This document shows positions 39,072 through 50,589 of a DNA stretch of 64,000 nt, piece after piece. Below the pieces are notes generated by a model. It was not told the DNA's origin. It saw nothing but the letters and a program-made list of their open reading frames with translations, and searched no databases. The first letter of the stretch is position 1. Each line of letters starts with the position of its first letter. The translations under genes and the position numbers were made by a program. This DNA comes from Eledone cirrhosa (lineage: Eukaryota). Location: NCBI GenBank assembly GCA_964016885.1, contig OZ024743.1:151404001-151468000 (forward strand), given 5' to 3'.

Positions 39072-42000
39072 TTTGATATTACACTATATACTAGCAATAT
39101 TTATAGACATTTAGATTCAAAATTATGTTTTTAATATGTACACAATATTAAGTGATAGTAAAGTTCTGACTTCATAATTTGAAAGACATGTAGAAGACAG
39201 GAAAAAAATATTAAGATGAAATGAGATGAATTTGTGTCAATGGAATATTAGGTCATATCAAGTTTTACAAAAATATATATTCTTTCTCAGATGTCACAAA
39301 ATGTATGTCCAATATTTATAGCCTATAACAACTATAGAAAATATATCTGTAGTATTAAGTATTTATCAAAGATTAAATACTTCGAAATTTGTTTTGAAAT
39401 AGTTCAACTCACATTTCTCATGTATGTTAACAATAATGATTCCATTCATACTGTTCAGTCTGAATGATTTACCATTTTGCACCACTCTTTCCTCCATTTA
39501 CAGCCCCCCTCTCTCTCTCTACATTATTTCAAAATAGCCTACTTTCCCACGACCCTTCCCCTCCTCCACACAGCTCTTTTTCCTGTTACAGAATACTTTC
39601 CCAGCCCATTTTCACAAAACTACAACAATAAAACGAAATGTTTTTGGCTTCAAGCAGATATGTGTGTGTGAGTGAGTGTGTGCGTTTCTCTAAAGAAATA
39701 AGAATAAATAAAAAAAAAACAAAAACACCTTTTATTTTATATGTGAATAATTATTTCAATAATTGAGCTACTATTTGTCTACTTTGATACAACTAGAAAT
39801 AATTTGGTGAATATTGTGTTTTACTAGGTACATAGTGATGCTTTATTCATGTTGAAAATAGCAGCAGCTGAAGGTATAGATACACTAAACAACAATATAT
39901 AAATGCAACAAGTCAGAAATGCAGCAACCTGTTTAAACAGAATAATTCAGAAATGTTTTTATCTTAGTTCATTATATGTTATGTTTGATTTTTAAGAATT
40001 AATACTGTTTTTTTTTTTCATCTAGAAGAATTGTAAATAATAAACGCTGGTATGACCTCTCAATAGATTTATAATAATAATGAAAATATTGTGTACAGTG
40101 CTCAGGTGCACTGCATCTATCTCGAATTTGTTAATTATTGAGCTCCTGAAACTTTTGTTTTTTTTTCTTAGTTTAACAATTTTTATACGGCAATAAGTAA
40201 AAATAAAATGTATGAAACCTTATTGTATCTTTTCTGAAAATATCTACATACCTGTATGTAGGTGGTAAGAAAAAAAAATAAATAAAATGCCCTCATATAA
40301 CTTGCAGTTAGTAGTTTAAAGGTATCCTATCAGATGAAAACTAACCACATTTTTCTGTCATCAAACTAAAAGAAAAATGATTATAAGATCCTTTCGAAAG
40401 ACACTGTTGCATCCAACCAGCTAAATAAATGTACAACTGACTTAGTCTGTAGAAGAGATTAACAACAATTAATTGAGTCCTCTATTAAAATAAATGATTA
40501 AATCAAACTAAATCACCAGTTAAAGAGCCCTGGAAAAGTTTAATTTGAGAGGAAAAAGTAACGTAGAGAGAGAGAGGGGGGTGGAGAGAGAGAGCAATGT
40601 AAAATGAAAACAAAAAAGTTGACTAAGTGATTGAGTAAATGAGAACAAGACAGGTAACAACAATTGGTACAACTTGTGTGACTTTTTTTACGGCTTAAAG
40701 TCCGAGATAATATGTTATCATTAGTTAAAATAATAACGAGGCTGCCAAATTTGTTTTTTTAAATTATGCTTTTTAAAATTATAAAACTAAAAAAATATAA
40801 AATAATTACTCTTCCTTTAATTTTGTTTCCTTTTCTCTCTCCCTCCTCAATCTCTCTCTCTCTCATCTTTTACCTGAGATGGTGTGGTTTGTATGAATAT
40901 GTGCAAAGCAGAAAACAAAACAAAAACAAACGATCCAACTGTTTAACTTTCCCACAACACAATCAACTTTGATATTTGGTTTTCCCCGCTTTTTCACTGA
41001 TTTAAAATTTTGGAAACTAAAGTTGAATACTACATTTGGAAAGTGTTAACATCCTTTACTCCAGCCCACCACATACTTGCTGTGAGCTGGCTATTGAAAG
41101 TTCGGTAAGGTTTTCTTATTTCTTTCATAATATCCATAGGTATCTGTGAAGTTTCAATAATTTCCTTATATAAAGATATGACTTTCTTTTATGAATATAT
41201 TTTCATATAATATAAATACTCCTGGTAAATATTACTGGCTTTAAATGTTCAATTACTTTCAAAAATAGATATCGCTATTTTTTTTTAATTAAAAAAAATA
41301 TATATATTCTTTACATGTTGGATCTGTATAAATTGTTATTAAAAATATTCATTGAAATAATAAACGAAATTCCGAGAAGACCTGCAAATATATATGTATT
41401 ATTATACACACACCTTTTGCTTTGTAAAACACTGCTTCAATATGTAATTCACAATTTGATGTCGAGATGCTTTTTGTTTGTTTTTTAATAAAATCCAATC
41501 AATTTATATAATTCCTTGTGAAAGTGTGTTGGTATTTTGTTTCTTTTCTTGTTTTTTTAAATATCCAGAGAGTTTCATTATTATTTTTCATTTTAATCCT
41601 TATCAAACTCCTCCTTATTTTTCTTACACCAGTCTTTGGCTTTGTTGAATACTTTTCTTTTATCCCATTTAACCTATGTTTTCAGGTGAATAACTTTAAG
41701 TACACTTCTTTTTCTTCTCGGAAACCAGTGGTTGCTCTCATTGTGAATGAAACAATTAAAATACGGCAAGGAGGATTTCACACAAATGTGTTTCTTTACT
41801 TCATGTTATTAAATATAGCAACCATATATAAGTTGTTAAAAAGGGAAATTTGTTAACACAGAATGAAAACTGGTGAATACATAGAGCCATGGGTGTACAA
41901 AATAGTGGTATTAAAAGTTATAGTGGCAGAGGTGAAGTTGACAGAATTCATTGAGTTAGGAGGAGCTTACTGATATACAGGAAAGCAGACAGACTGGTAC

Positions 42001-43637
42001 TTGAGCTAAGCCCACACCTCCTCTAAGAACAGTGGGTAGTGGTAATAGAGAGGCAAAGAAGAAAGTCTAAGGGGGGTGGGGCAGCTACAAAGAACTTCCT
42101 GTATTAACTATCACACACAGAGCCAGCTTCTTTTCAAATATAGCTTATCTACAAATGCTCCTGCCACTCCAGCAGTAGTGAAGTGTGTGCTTGTGTGTGA
42201 GAGTGATAGAGAGAGGGTTTTACTAGGGCAAGCTTTAAGTATAATGATACAATAGTTTTATTTTGATAGTAATGCTATTAATGACAGCATGAAAAGTGAA
42301 ATCCCACAAACACATAGGGGAAGTAATAAAGTAACGATGTAAATGGTAAAGAAATATGTAAATAAGAATGAAAAATAATTTCAACATATAACTACGTCCA
42401 TTAAGAGACTCAAGATTATTTATATTAACTTTTTAAAAGCAAACCCACGTGTATATATATAGACACACGCACACAGGCAGACAATGTATTAACAGATAGC
42501 TTTATTCTGAAATAGCTATTAATATAAAGGTTTACTTGTATTATTGAATATAAAAATATTATAATGCAAAAGTATTTTTAAATAGGTTAATTGAAATTGT
42601 AAAAGTATCATGGGATGTCAATTCCTGTATTTTCTAAATAATAAAAAAAATATTAAACTCATGAGAAAGTTATTTCATATATTAAACAACCGACTAAATT
42701 AACAATAAAGATACTTTCAAAAGAAATAGATATCGACTATAGATGTATATTGTTTAAAAAAAACGTGTGTTAAATGTCATCCAACTATTGCTAAACAAAC
42801 AACTATTAACATAAATTGAATCAGTTGCTTTCAAAGCTTTACAATAGCTAAATAAAACATGTAAAGGTATGCATTTCTCCATATAAAGTTATGTCTAGTT
42901 CCAAACCAGTCCTGACGACCCCATCTTATTTTCAGACACAGTGTCCTTGCTGTTTTTTTTTCTTTTAATGATAATGGGTAAGGTGCGATTTGAGTGAGTA
43001 CTGGCTACTATTTCTAGAAGGCTGAGCCTCTGCTTTGAGGCTTGTTAGCTTGTCTATAAGTTTATAATAAATGTAAAGCATGTCCACAGATGAGGAAATA
43101 TTAATCTTACTGTAAAGTATGCAGAGTGGATAACAGATAGAATAACCAAACCACCAGCTGAAAATTGAGGAGTTCATATCCTAAAACTGGCATTATGACC
43201 CATGACAAAGACACCTAACTCTCAAAATGGCCTACTTCTACTACAGTTGTAAATAGGTTCCACAGTATAAGAACAACTTACAGTTGTAACCAGCAGCAGC
43301 ATTTTTAAATTGATGAATGTTTTGTAAGTTCAACTGCTCCTGTGGGGATAGTTTAAAAAAGTAAGGGTTCTGCCAAGCTGACTTGCCCTAGATATATAGG
43401 ATTAAAATCTTCAGTGTTGCCACTACAACTCTATAGTTTATGGGTACCACCAACCAACAATCCAGCTAAATCTATCAGAAGCTACTCGACTTTACTTTCT
43501 GGACATCAACTGATGCATATAATGAAATAAACTAGAGATATGAAAAAGTAAAATAATTAAGATACCAAGCATGTTAGGAGAATGTATGTCAAATTAAAAG
43601 ATTTAAAATCTATAGTTGTTTTCAGAAATTTTGAGTT

Positions 43638-43725
43638 ACTTTCTTTCCATATATGGTGACTGAATTTTTACAAACACTTTCTTTCCATATATGGTGACTG
43701 AATTTTTACAAACACTTTCTTTCCA
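43638..43725. repeat. 38-bp tandem duplication
   Basis: ACTTTCTTTCCATATATGGTGACTGAATTTTTACAAAC twice, plus a partial third copy. Confidence 0.95.
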
Positions 43726-45756
43726 AGCTAACAACTCAGCAGTATCTTAATAGCTCAATGATGCTTTTCCTTCTCAACATACCAATGTACTCCTATACTC
43801 CTCTTTGCACAATTAATTTCCATGTACATCCTTCATGAATGGAAACTACAAAAGACATCTTGCAATAGTACTTCACACATACCAAAACAAAGGAAACAAA
43901 ATCACACCATGTTACCTGCCACATTTTTATATACCAATACATTGCTTAATTCCTTACACAGTTTTCAACAAGTTCTTGTGGAAACCTCACATTGTCTTTA
44001 TAATCAAAATTACATGAGATATATTGTGTTTCTACTTTGAAGCTGTTTATTTATTCAGTACTCTAACCACAATGTTTCGGCTGCATCTGGGGAAAAAATG
44101 TTCTCTTAATAAACATATTCACACTGGTGTCACTCTAAATACTAGTTCCCCACTGTTTCTCTTATCTCTCTGTTCTTCTGAACTTTCAATAGTATAGTAT
44201 CCACATCAAAATCCACTTCATGTATTCCCATCTCCTCTCCATATCTTCTGACCTTGTACTAATCTCTTTGCCTAACTTTTCATCTTTAGAATTCCCTCCA
44301 TAACAACTAATTTCACCAGGTCAGCTCAATTATGCAATGTAAGAAAGTATTAAGATTCCCTGAATACTGCTATCCTTCCAAACTATGAAATATAAGGTTA
44401 AATGGAGGTTACCATACTTAATGTAATAAGACTCAAAATGTTTTAATTAATTAATATTGCACTCAAGAAAGGCAAGGGAGACAACTAAAGTCCAATTTAA
44501 TCAAATATTGAATTAGGGACATATCATGTGTAGTGAGTCTGATGTTTGGTAAGTACTGTGACAACTTCAGACCCATGTTTTTGTCTTATAACTCCTCAGT
44601 GAAGTATAATTTTATTTGGATTCACCAGACCTCAGAATGATTGAGAGAATAACGATTTGCATAAAAAACACGATTAGAAATGAAAACTGAACAAACGCTA
44701 AAAAACGTCTTTTCAAGAAACACAGTAATATAGAAAAAAAAAAAAAAAAAAAAATTATAGTTTTGGGTCATGTCTTAGCAATAAACCTGATGCAAACTTT
44801 ACATTCTCTATCTGTGTCTCTTTTTTGTTGTTACAACAATGGACCCCACTCCTCAGAACTATCAACCATCATCCAAATCCACCTGGTTTCTTTTTCTTTC
44901 CTCCACTCATCATCTCATTGAATCTCATCCTCAAGACATCAAACTATATATTTCACCTAAACCTGCAATCCTTCCAAACAGACATCTGTAGAAATTCAAA
45001 CTGTACATCAATTGCATCAACTTCACAAACCGGGGGGCTTGTGAAGATGGCACAACTCAGATCAAAATGTAACAAAGAAAAGATAATGAGCCAGTTTGGG
45101 GATCAGACTAAGGAAACTGCTTTCATTGGTCCCTCTTTTGCTAATACTATCTACAGGTTGCAACTACTGGCAGAAGTGTCACCACTTTTCCAGTGACAGG
45201 GGGCAAGATTCGAACTCAGAGCTGATACCACGAAGCATCCTATCTGGTTTTTTAACAATTCCCCTAATTCATCACTCTTGGAGTGATACTATTTTTATTG
45301 AACTTGGAAGGATAATATACGTAGTTGGCCACAACAGGATTAAAACAGAGTACCGAAAGACAACAAATACTAGTTAATCTGACGCTCTGTTAACTCTGCC
45401 AATTTGTAGTGCACCTGAGCACTGTACACAATAATTTTCCTTATTATTATTATTATAGAATCAAATCAAAAGAAAATATTAATAATAATTTTAAAAAATG
45501 AAGTCTATACAAAATATCTCGTGGAGTAACATCTAGATGTTTTTATATGTAATTTGGTATTAGTGAAATAAGAGTTCACTTAGAAACACCTGCTAGTGAC
45601 AATATTTATAGTTTAGATGATATGCCTCTCAAAGAAGGGTGGTATTCTCAGTATTCAATGTGAAAGAGGGAGCAAGAAAGGTAAGGTTATTTAGGAAAAA
45701 AAACCAAATAATTTACCACAAAAGATTTATGCTTCCACTTAGAAAAAGTCTTCTTT

Positions 45757-47000
45757 ATCATCATCATTTAACATCCATTTTCCCTGCTCACAAAGGTTGG
45801 AAGGTTTGTCACAGATCACTTTAGTAATTAAACAGAACCACTGATCTCTCAGATGGGCTGGGGGCCAGATCTCATTTACATACATTACTACATTTTACAG
45901 AGTGTGCATGTTATCATGGCACCAGCACTGAGGAGGTCACATATCTTTGAGACAACTGAAGAGTCTTCTCTACCCTTTATTTAGCAGGTTTTCTATGCCA
46001 TTCATATCATCAAACACTGTACATAGCATAATTGGTGCATTTTAATGAGTCACAGACACTAGAGAGGTTATCATGCCCTTAACACAATTAAAGCATCTTG
46101 TCAACCATTTTTAGTCATAGCTTTTATAGCTGATTGCCCTTTCTATCGCAAACAACATTACAGAATATACTGGGTGAATTTTTTGTAGCACGATCATTAA
46201 AATGGTTGATGCATCATAACTTTTTGGCATCGTTTCTGTTGTTAGAAACCCTACCCAACATCAATTAGCTCACAGAGTGTACTGGGTGTATCTCTTGTGG
46301 CACCAACAACAGAAGGCTTCAGGTGATTGACTTAACTGAAGAGCATATACATCTTATCTCCCTCCATCACTCCCTTGGTTCCAGATTCCTGCTCCATGTC
46401 GGGAATTTTGCCTCAATTTCTCCACAAATTCTGCTATAAGAACTAAATCATCAGCACTCAGGAACTTCCATATGGTGTCAATCACAAACTTCTCTGTAAT
46501 GGCCTGAAGAACATTCTATTGTTTCTGTGTCAGAGTCACAGTGTGTGTACTGGTGGACAGGTCTTTTGTATTATGACACATCACCACTTAGCATTTATCC
46601 TGTGTTATCCCTTTTATGAGGTTCAGTTTGTTGAGATCACTATTCACAACTTTGCTCAGTCTTCCTTGGTTTCTCTCTTCCACAGGTTCCATCCAATTGT
46701 TACCTTTTCACACTCCTGCTCTCTATGAGCATCACATGACAATACCAGTGCAATTGTCTCTCTTATATGCTACATTCAGTTCCTATTATGCTCAGATTTT
46801 TTTTTAGCTTGCTTGTGAATGAAGCATGCATGTTTCATTCTTTTTAGCGACTGCAGATCTTCTGCCTATTCCTCACTACATTTGTTCCAAGTGCATAGTA
46901 GTTTGAACAGAAGAATCCTATAATCTGTCCTTCGGTGAATGAAAATGTTTTCTTATCCTAATGAGAAATCCTGACATAACAGATAGTTAATTTCCTCCAG
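45757..47000 (-). mobile_element. Old RTE-related fragments
   Basis: (CAT)n tail with tttaacatccattttccctgc, repeated actgggtg/tggcacca units, and decayed RT and C-terminal remnants (for example WYCHVM near 46730). Confidence 0.6.
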
Positions 47001-47747
47001 CTTCAAAAGAAATTGTGGTATTCTAGTTTGAATTAAATAAAACTAAAAAAAAAAAATTAAGAAACCACTTTTAGGTAGAGTTTATAAAAAACATCTTTGT
47101 CTTTTCAATAGATGGAAAATGTTTCTGGCTAAGGAGTGATAAATTGTAAAATAAAAACAAGTGTATAGAATGTTGAATTGAAATCTGAAGTGTTATCAGA
47201 AGACAATATTTTCACTTCATTTAGCAATCAAAAAGTTTACAGTAAAGATTAAAAAGGAAAAAATGTTTAAAATGTAAAATAAAAAGATGCTGTTCAGACA
47301 GTGGCATTTTGTAAAGGAGACCAAAAAGACTCCTTCTTTGACAGAGAAATGAAGTGTTATGATATATAACATAACATTAAAAGATGATTACTTAGAATAG
47401 AAGCTATATTCATAATTTCTGTTGATAAAACTAAAAGCTTTTTTGACTTAACAAAGTTAAAAAAATATATAGGTGTCTTTACAAATATATATAATTACAA
47501 TTTCAAGGGCTAGCTGAAAAAAACAAGCCAAAAATACTTGGCACCGCAGTCAGGATTTTACTTATTGCTATACCCACTCTACATCTCCCCATGTATCTAG
47601 TACTCATACAATTAGTGGTCTTCTCTGTCTCAGCAATACATATATATATATATATATATATGTAGGAGGTGAGTTTTATTGTAGTACAATAAAGCAATGC
47701 AGATATCGGATAAGAAGCACTCTACAGTTTGTAGGACTGGAGTATAC

Positions 47748-47813
47748 ATAATATATAAGAACAAAAGATGGTTAAAAGAGTTCTTTTAACCATCTTTTGT
47801 TCTTATATATTAT
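47748..47813. repeat. Perfect 32-bp inverted repeat with a 2-nt spacer
   Basis: ATAATATATAAGAACAAAAGATGGTTAAAAGA-GT-TCTTTTAACCATCTTTTGTTCTTATATATTAT. Confidence 0.97.
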
Positions 47814-47822
47814 ATATATATA

Positions 47823-48010
47823 TCATCATCATCATCATTGTTTTACATCCAATTTACCACGTTAGCATGGGTTAGACGAGTTGTCCTGTTGTGGGCAATG
47901 CTAGGTAAGGTGACCATGTCTTGCAGCAACATAACTGATTTTGGCTTTGTTTCTACAACTGGATGCCCTTCCTAATGCCAACCTCATTTACAGTGAGTAC
48001 TGAGTGCTTT
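47823..48010 (-). mobile_element. Non-autonomous RTE-related element
   Basis: (CAT)n tail, tagcatgggttagacg and ctggatgcccttcctaatgccaacc. Abuts (TA)n. Confidence 0.8.
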
Positions 48011-48109
48011 TTGTATTTGTATGTATGTATATATATATATATATACACACATGGTTAAACATACTCATACACTCACACATATTGACACTAATACACACAC
48101 ATTTCAATC

Positions 48110-48340
48110 AGTGTTCCAAAAGCATTACCAAGACTACCTAATGGTTTGTCTTGTCTACTCTCATTATTTTCCTTTTTTTACTACTGACTACTTTTATTTT
48201 CTGTGTCTAACCCTATGTGAACCTGTTTCTATTTTTTGTACTCCTGAAGAAGGGCTAAATCCCGACACATCGAACTTTCTTTCCTCTTTCCTATATAAAG
48301 TGTGAAACTAATAATACTTTTGTAGCTCTGTTTGTCATTT
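48110..48340 (+). mobile_element. Probable Penelope-like terminal remnant with a degenerate minimal hammerhead motif
   Basis: ctc-CTGAAGA-a-GGG-ctaaat-CCC-GAcAC-atc-gaa at 48241-48274, inside a T-rich tract. Confidence 0.4.
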
Positions 48341-48709
48341 CCTTGAACTATCTATACATAATATAAAAGAGAGATGTTTGTTGTTTGGTTCCTCCGCACA
48401 TCACACAAAAACAAAAACTGACAATCAAAAAGTACAGCAATGGAATAAGTGTACACACAGAAAAGTTTATAGATACTAATTTTATAACATCAAAGAACAA
48501 CATCCTGGTTTGCTAACCAAGCTGACTGCTATTTCTAGTAGGTTGGGAATAAACCATAAAGGATTCTCTCTGCACATCTGTTGTCAATGATGCTCATGTA
48601 TCGGGGCCAGCAACTTCAATTCGAATGCTGGTTTATACACACACACACACGCACATACATGCATACATACACATACACACACTCACACACATATATCTAT
48701 ATATAATTA

Positions 48710-49278
48710 TCTATATCTACATATAATATAAAAGATTGGAACTCCTATCATCCTTTTGAGAAACCTCGACCAGCCACATCTTTGCAATGGCACATGCTTT
48801 ATTGTCAGGTGAAAGAAGAACCATCTCGCAGAGGTCACTATTCTTGGAGGCAATCATCAAGAAGAAAATGCATTTATTCCCAAGATTCCTCTAATCCCTT
48901 CCTCTACTGAGCTGCCATTCAAATTCTCAAGACTTCAGTTCCCGGTTAGAGCCAGTTCTGCTATAGCCATAAATAAAGCTCAGGCTCAGATTTTCAATGT
49001 TGTGGGATTGAATACAAGATAATCGCTTTTTACCCATGGACAGTAATATGTAGGTTATTCACAAGTGGGAACATCTAGAAATCTTCATATACTATACATG
49101 AACAGTAAAATGAAGACTGGTGTATCAGGAGAAAAATTTTTTTTCTTTTTTGTCACACGCACACACCACGGTTAAGCCTCACACTGTAAACCAGACAATG
49201 CATCCAATAGTTGCATTCGCTTCTACCTGTTTTCTCTTATCATCTGTTTACCCAGGCAAAGCTGGGCACGTCAGCTAG
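48710..49278 (+). mobile_element. Non-autonomous Helitron derivative with a helicase C-terminal remnant
   Basis: 5' end A|TCTATATCTACATATAATATAAAAG (a second such 5' end lies at 48351). Remnants LCNGT, FIPKIPLIP, FSRLQFPV, AINKAQ and FTHGQ. 3' hairpin CCCAGGCAAAGCTGGG followed by CTAG|T. The last 130 nt match 17597-17725. Confidence 0.88.
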
Positions 49279-49299
49279 TAAAAAAATATATATATATAT

Positions 49300-49610
49300 T
49301 TCGAGTAATGCCATCGCTTGATACTTAAGCATGAGCATCACAGACGTGGATTTCAGTCCTGCTAGGGACTATCAAGCAATGCCTATGAGGAAAGGCTTTG
49401 CACAGGGCCAATCCCACCCTGTGAACATTGACCGCATTTGCCCAAAAAGAAGAACTGGTCTACATCATTGGATGCAAACAAAGTCACAAGTTTTATATCA
49501 GAGTGACCTTCTCCTAGAGATATGTCTTAATGAAGACTAGGAGTTTCTCTCTCCACAAAATAAAACAACTTTATTGGATGGTTGTTGACTCCCATGAGTT
49601 GCTCCACTCT
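49300..49610 (-). mobile_element. Short element derived from an RTE 5' UTR
   Basis: The minus strand contains ctaggagaaggtcactctgatataaaac, resembling ctaggagagctaacactccgaataaa of the RTE at 50637. Flanked by TA runs. Confidence 0.5.
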
Positions 49611-49617
49611 TATATAT

Positions 49618-49872
49618 ATCATCATCATCATCATCGTTTAACATCCATTTTCCACGCTAGCATGGGTTAGACGGGAGTTGTCCCACTTTAGGCAAGGTTG
49701 GTCGGGTGACCGTGTCTCGCTCATATAGGACTATCTGGCAGGTTTTCTACGGCTGGATGCCCTTCCTAACACCAACCACATTTACAGTGTGGAACTGGGA
49801 ACTTTTTACCGTGTTACCTACACAGCCATATTACAGCGTGGACTGTGTGTGTTTTTTCGTGACACCTACACG
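49618..49872 (-). mobile_element. Non-autonomous RTE-related element (or 3' UTR of RTE family B)
   Basis: Highly similar to 54360-54610, with a (CAT)n tail and (TA)n on both sides. Confidence 0.85.
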
Positions 49873-50269
49873 ATATATATATATATATATATTAGCAAAG
49901 GGATATTTAATTTGTTGGTAATTCAATAAATATATATTTTTATAACTGATTCGAAGCACTCAACAGATTTTCTGGAGGATAATATCAATGATATTATGGA
50001 AACTATAATTATAATGATAATATGGAAACTATAATTATAAAACCATATTTATTCTATTATATATATTTCAAGGGTACCAACACTTTGGTACGCTCTCATC
50101 AGATAAAATACAAAGTTTGTTTTATAAATATTGACATATCCAGGTTCAAGTTTTTCCTGGATAGTCCAGGAAAAACTTGGACCGTTTGTTATGAAGACAT
50201 GTTAAGGTATAGGCATTTTCCGGAAATGCTGTTATTCGTGCACGTCTTAAACACAGTGTATTTTGTTAG

Positions 50270-50345
50270 AGGTGTCTACTGACTGTAGTAGGTTTTACTT
50301 TGTATTTAGGTAAGGCGGGTCTTGTCTATTACTGTGTAGCGCCAA
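50270..50345 (-). mobile_element. Fragment of the RTE family B ORF end
   Basis: Matches 54729-54800. Confidence 0.7.
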
Positions 50346-50376
<31 letters not shown>

Positions 50377-50589
50377 GTGATTTGTATGTGATATAAACGG
50401 TGTTGATTATTTTGCATATAAATTTGTATGTATAGCCATTTGTATGTGACATAAACTGTGTTGTTTTGCATATAAATTTGTACGTATATCCATTTTCCTT
50501 CTCACTTCAATCCAACCCGCCCAACCTCCACCACGTTCGGTATATATTCCTGACGCTGTATGATAACCACTCCCTGAACCAATCAACAG

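Noticed and set aside
44734-44754. Poly(A) tail of a processed pseudogene
   Set aside because: I found no upstream ORF and no TSD.
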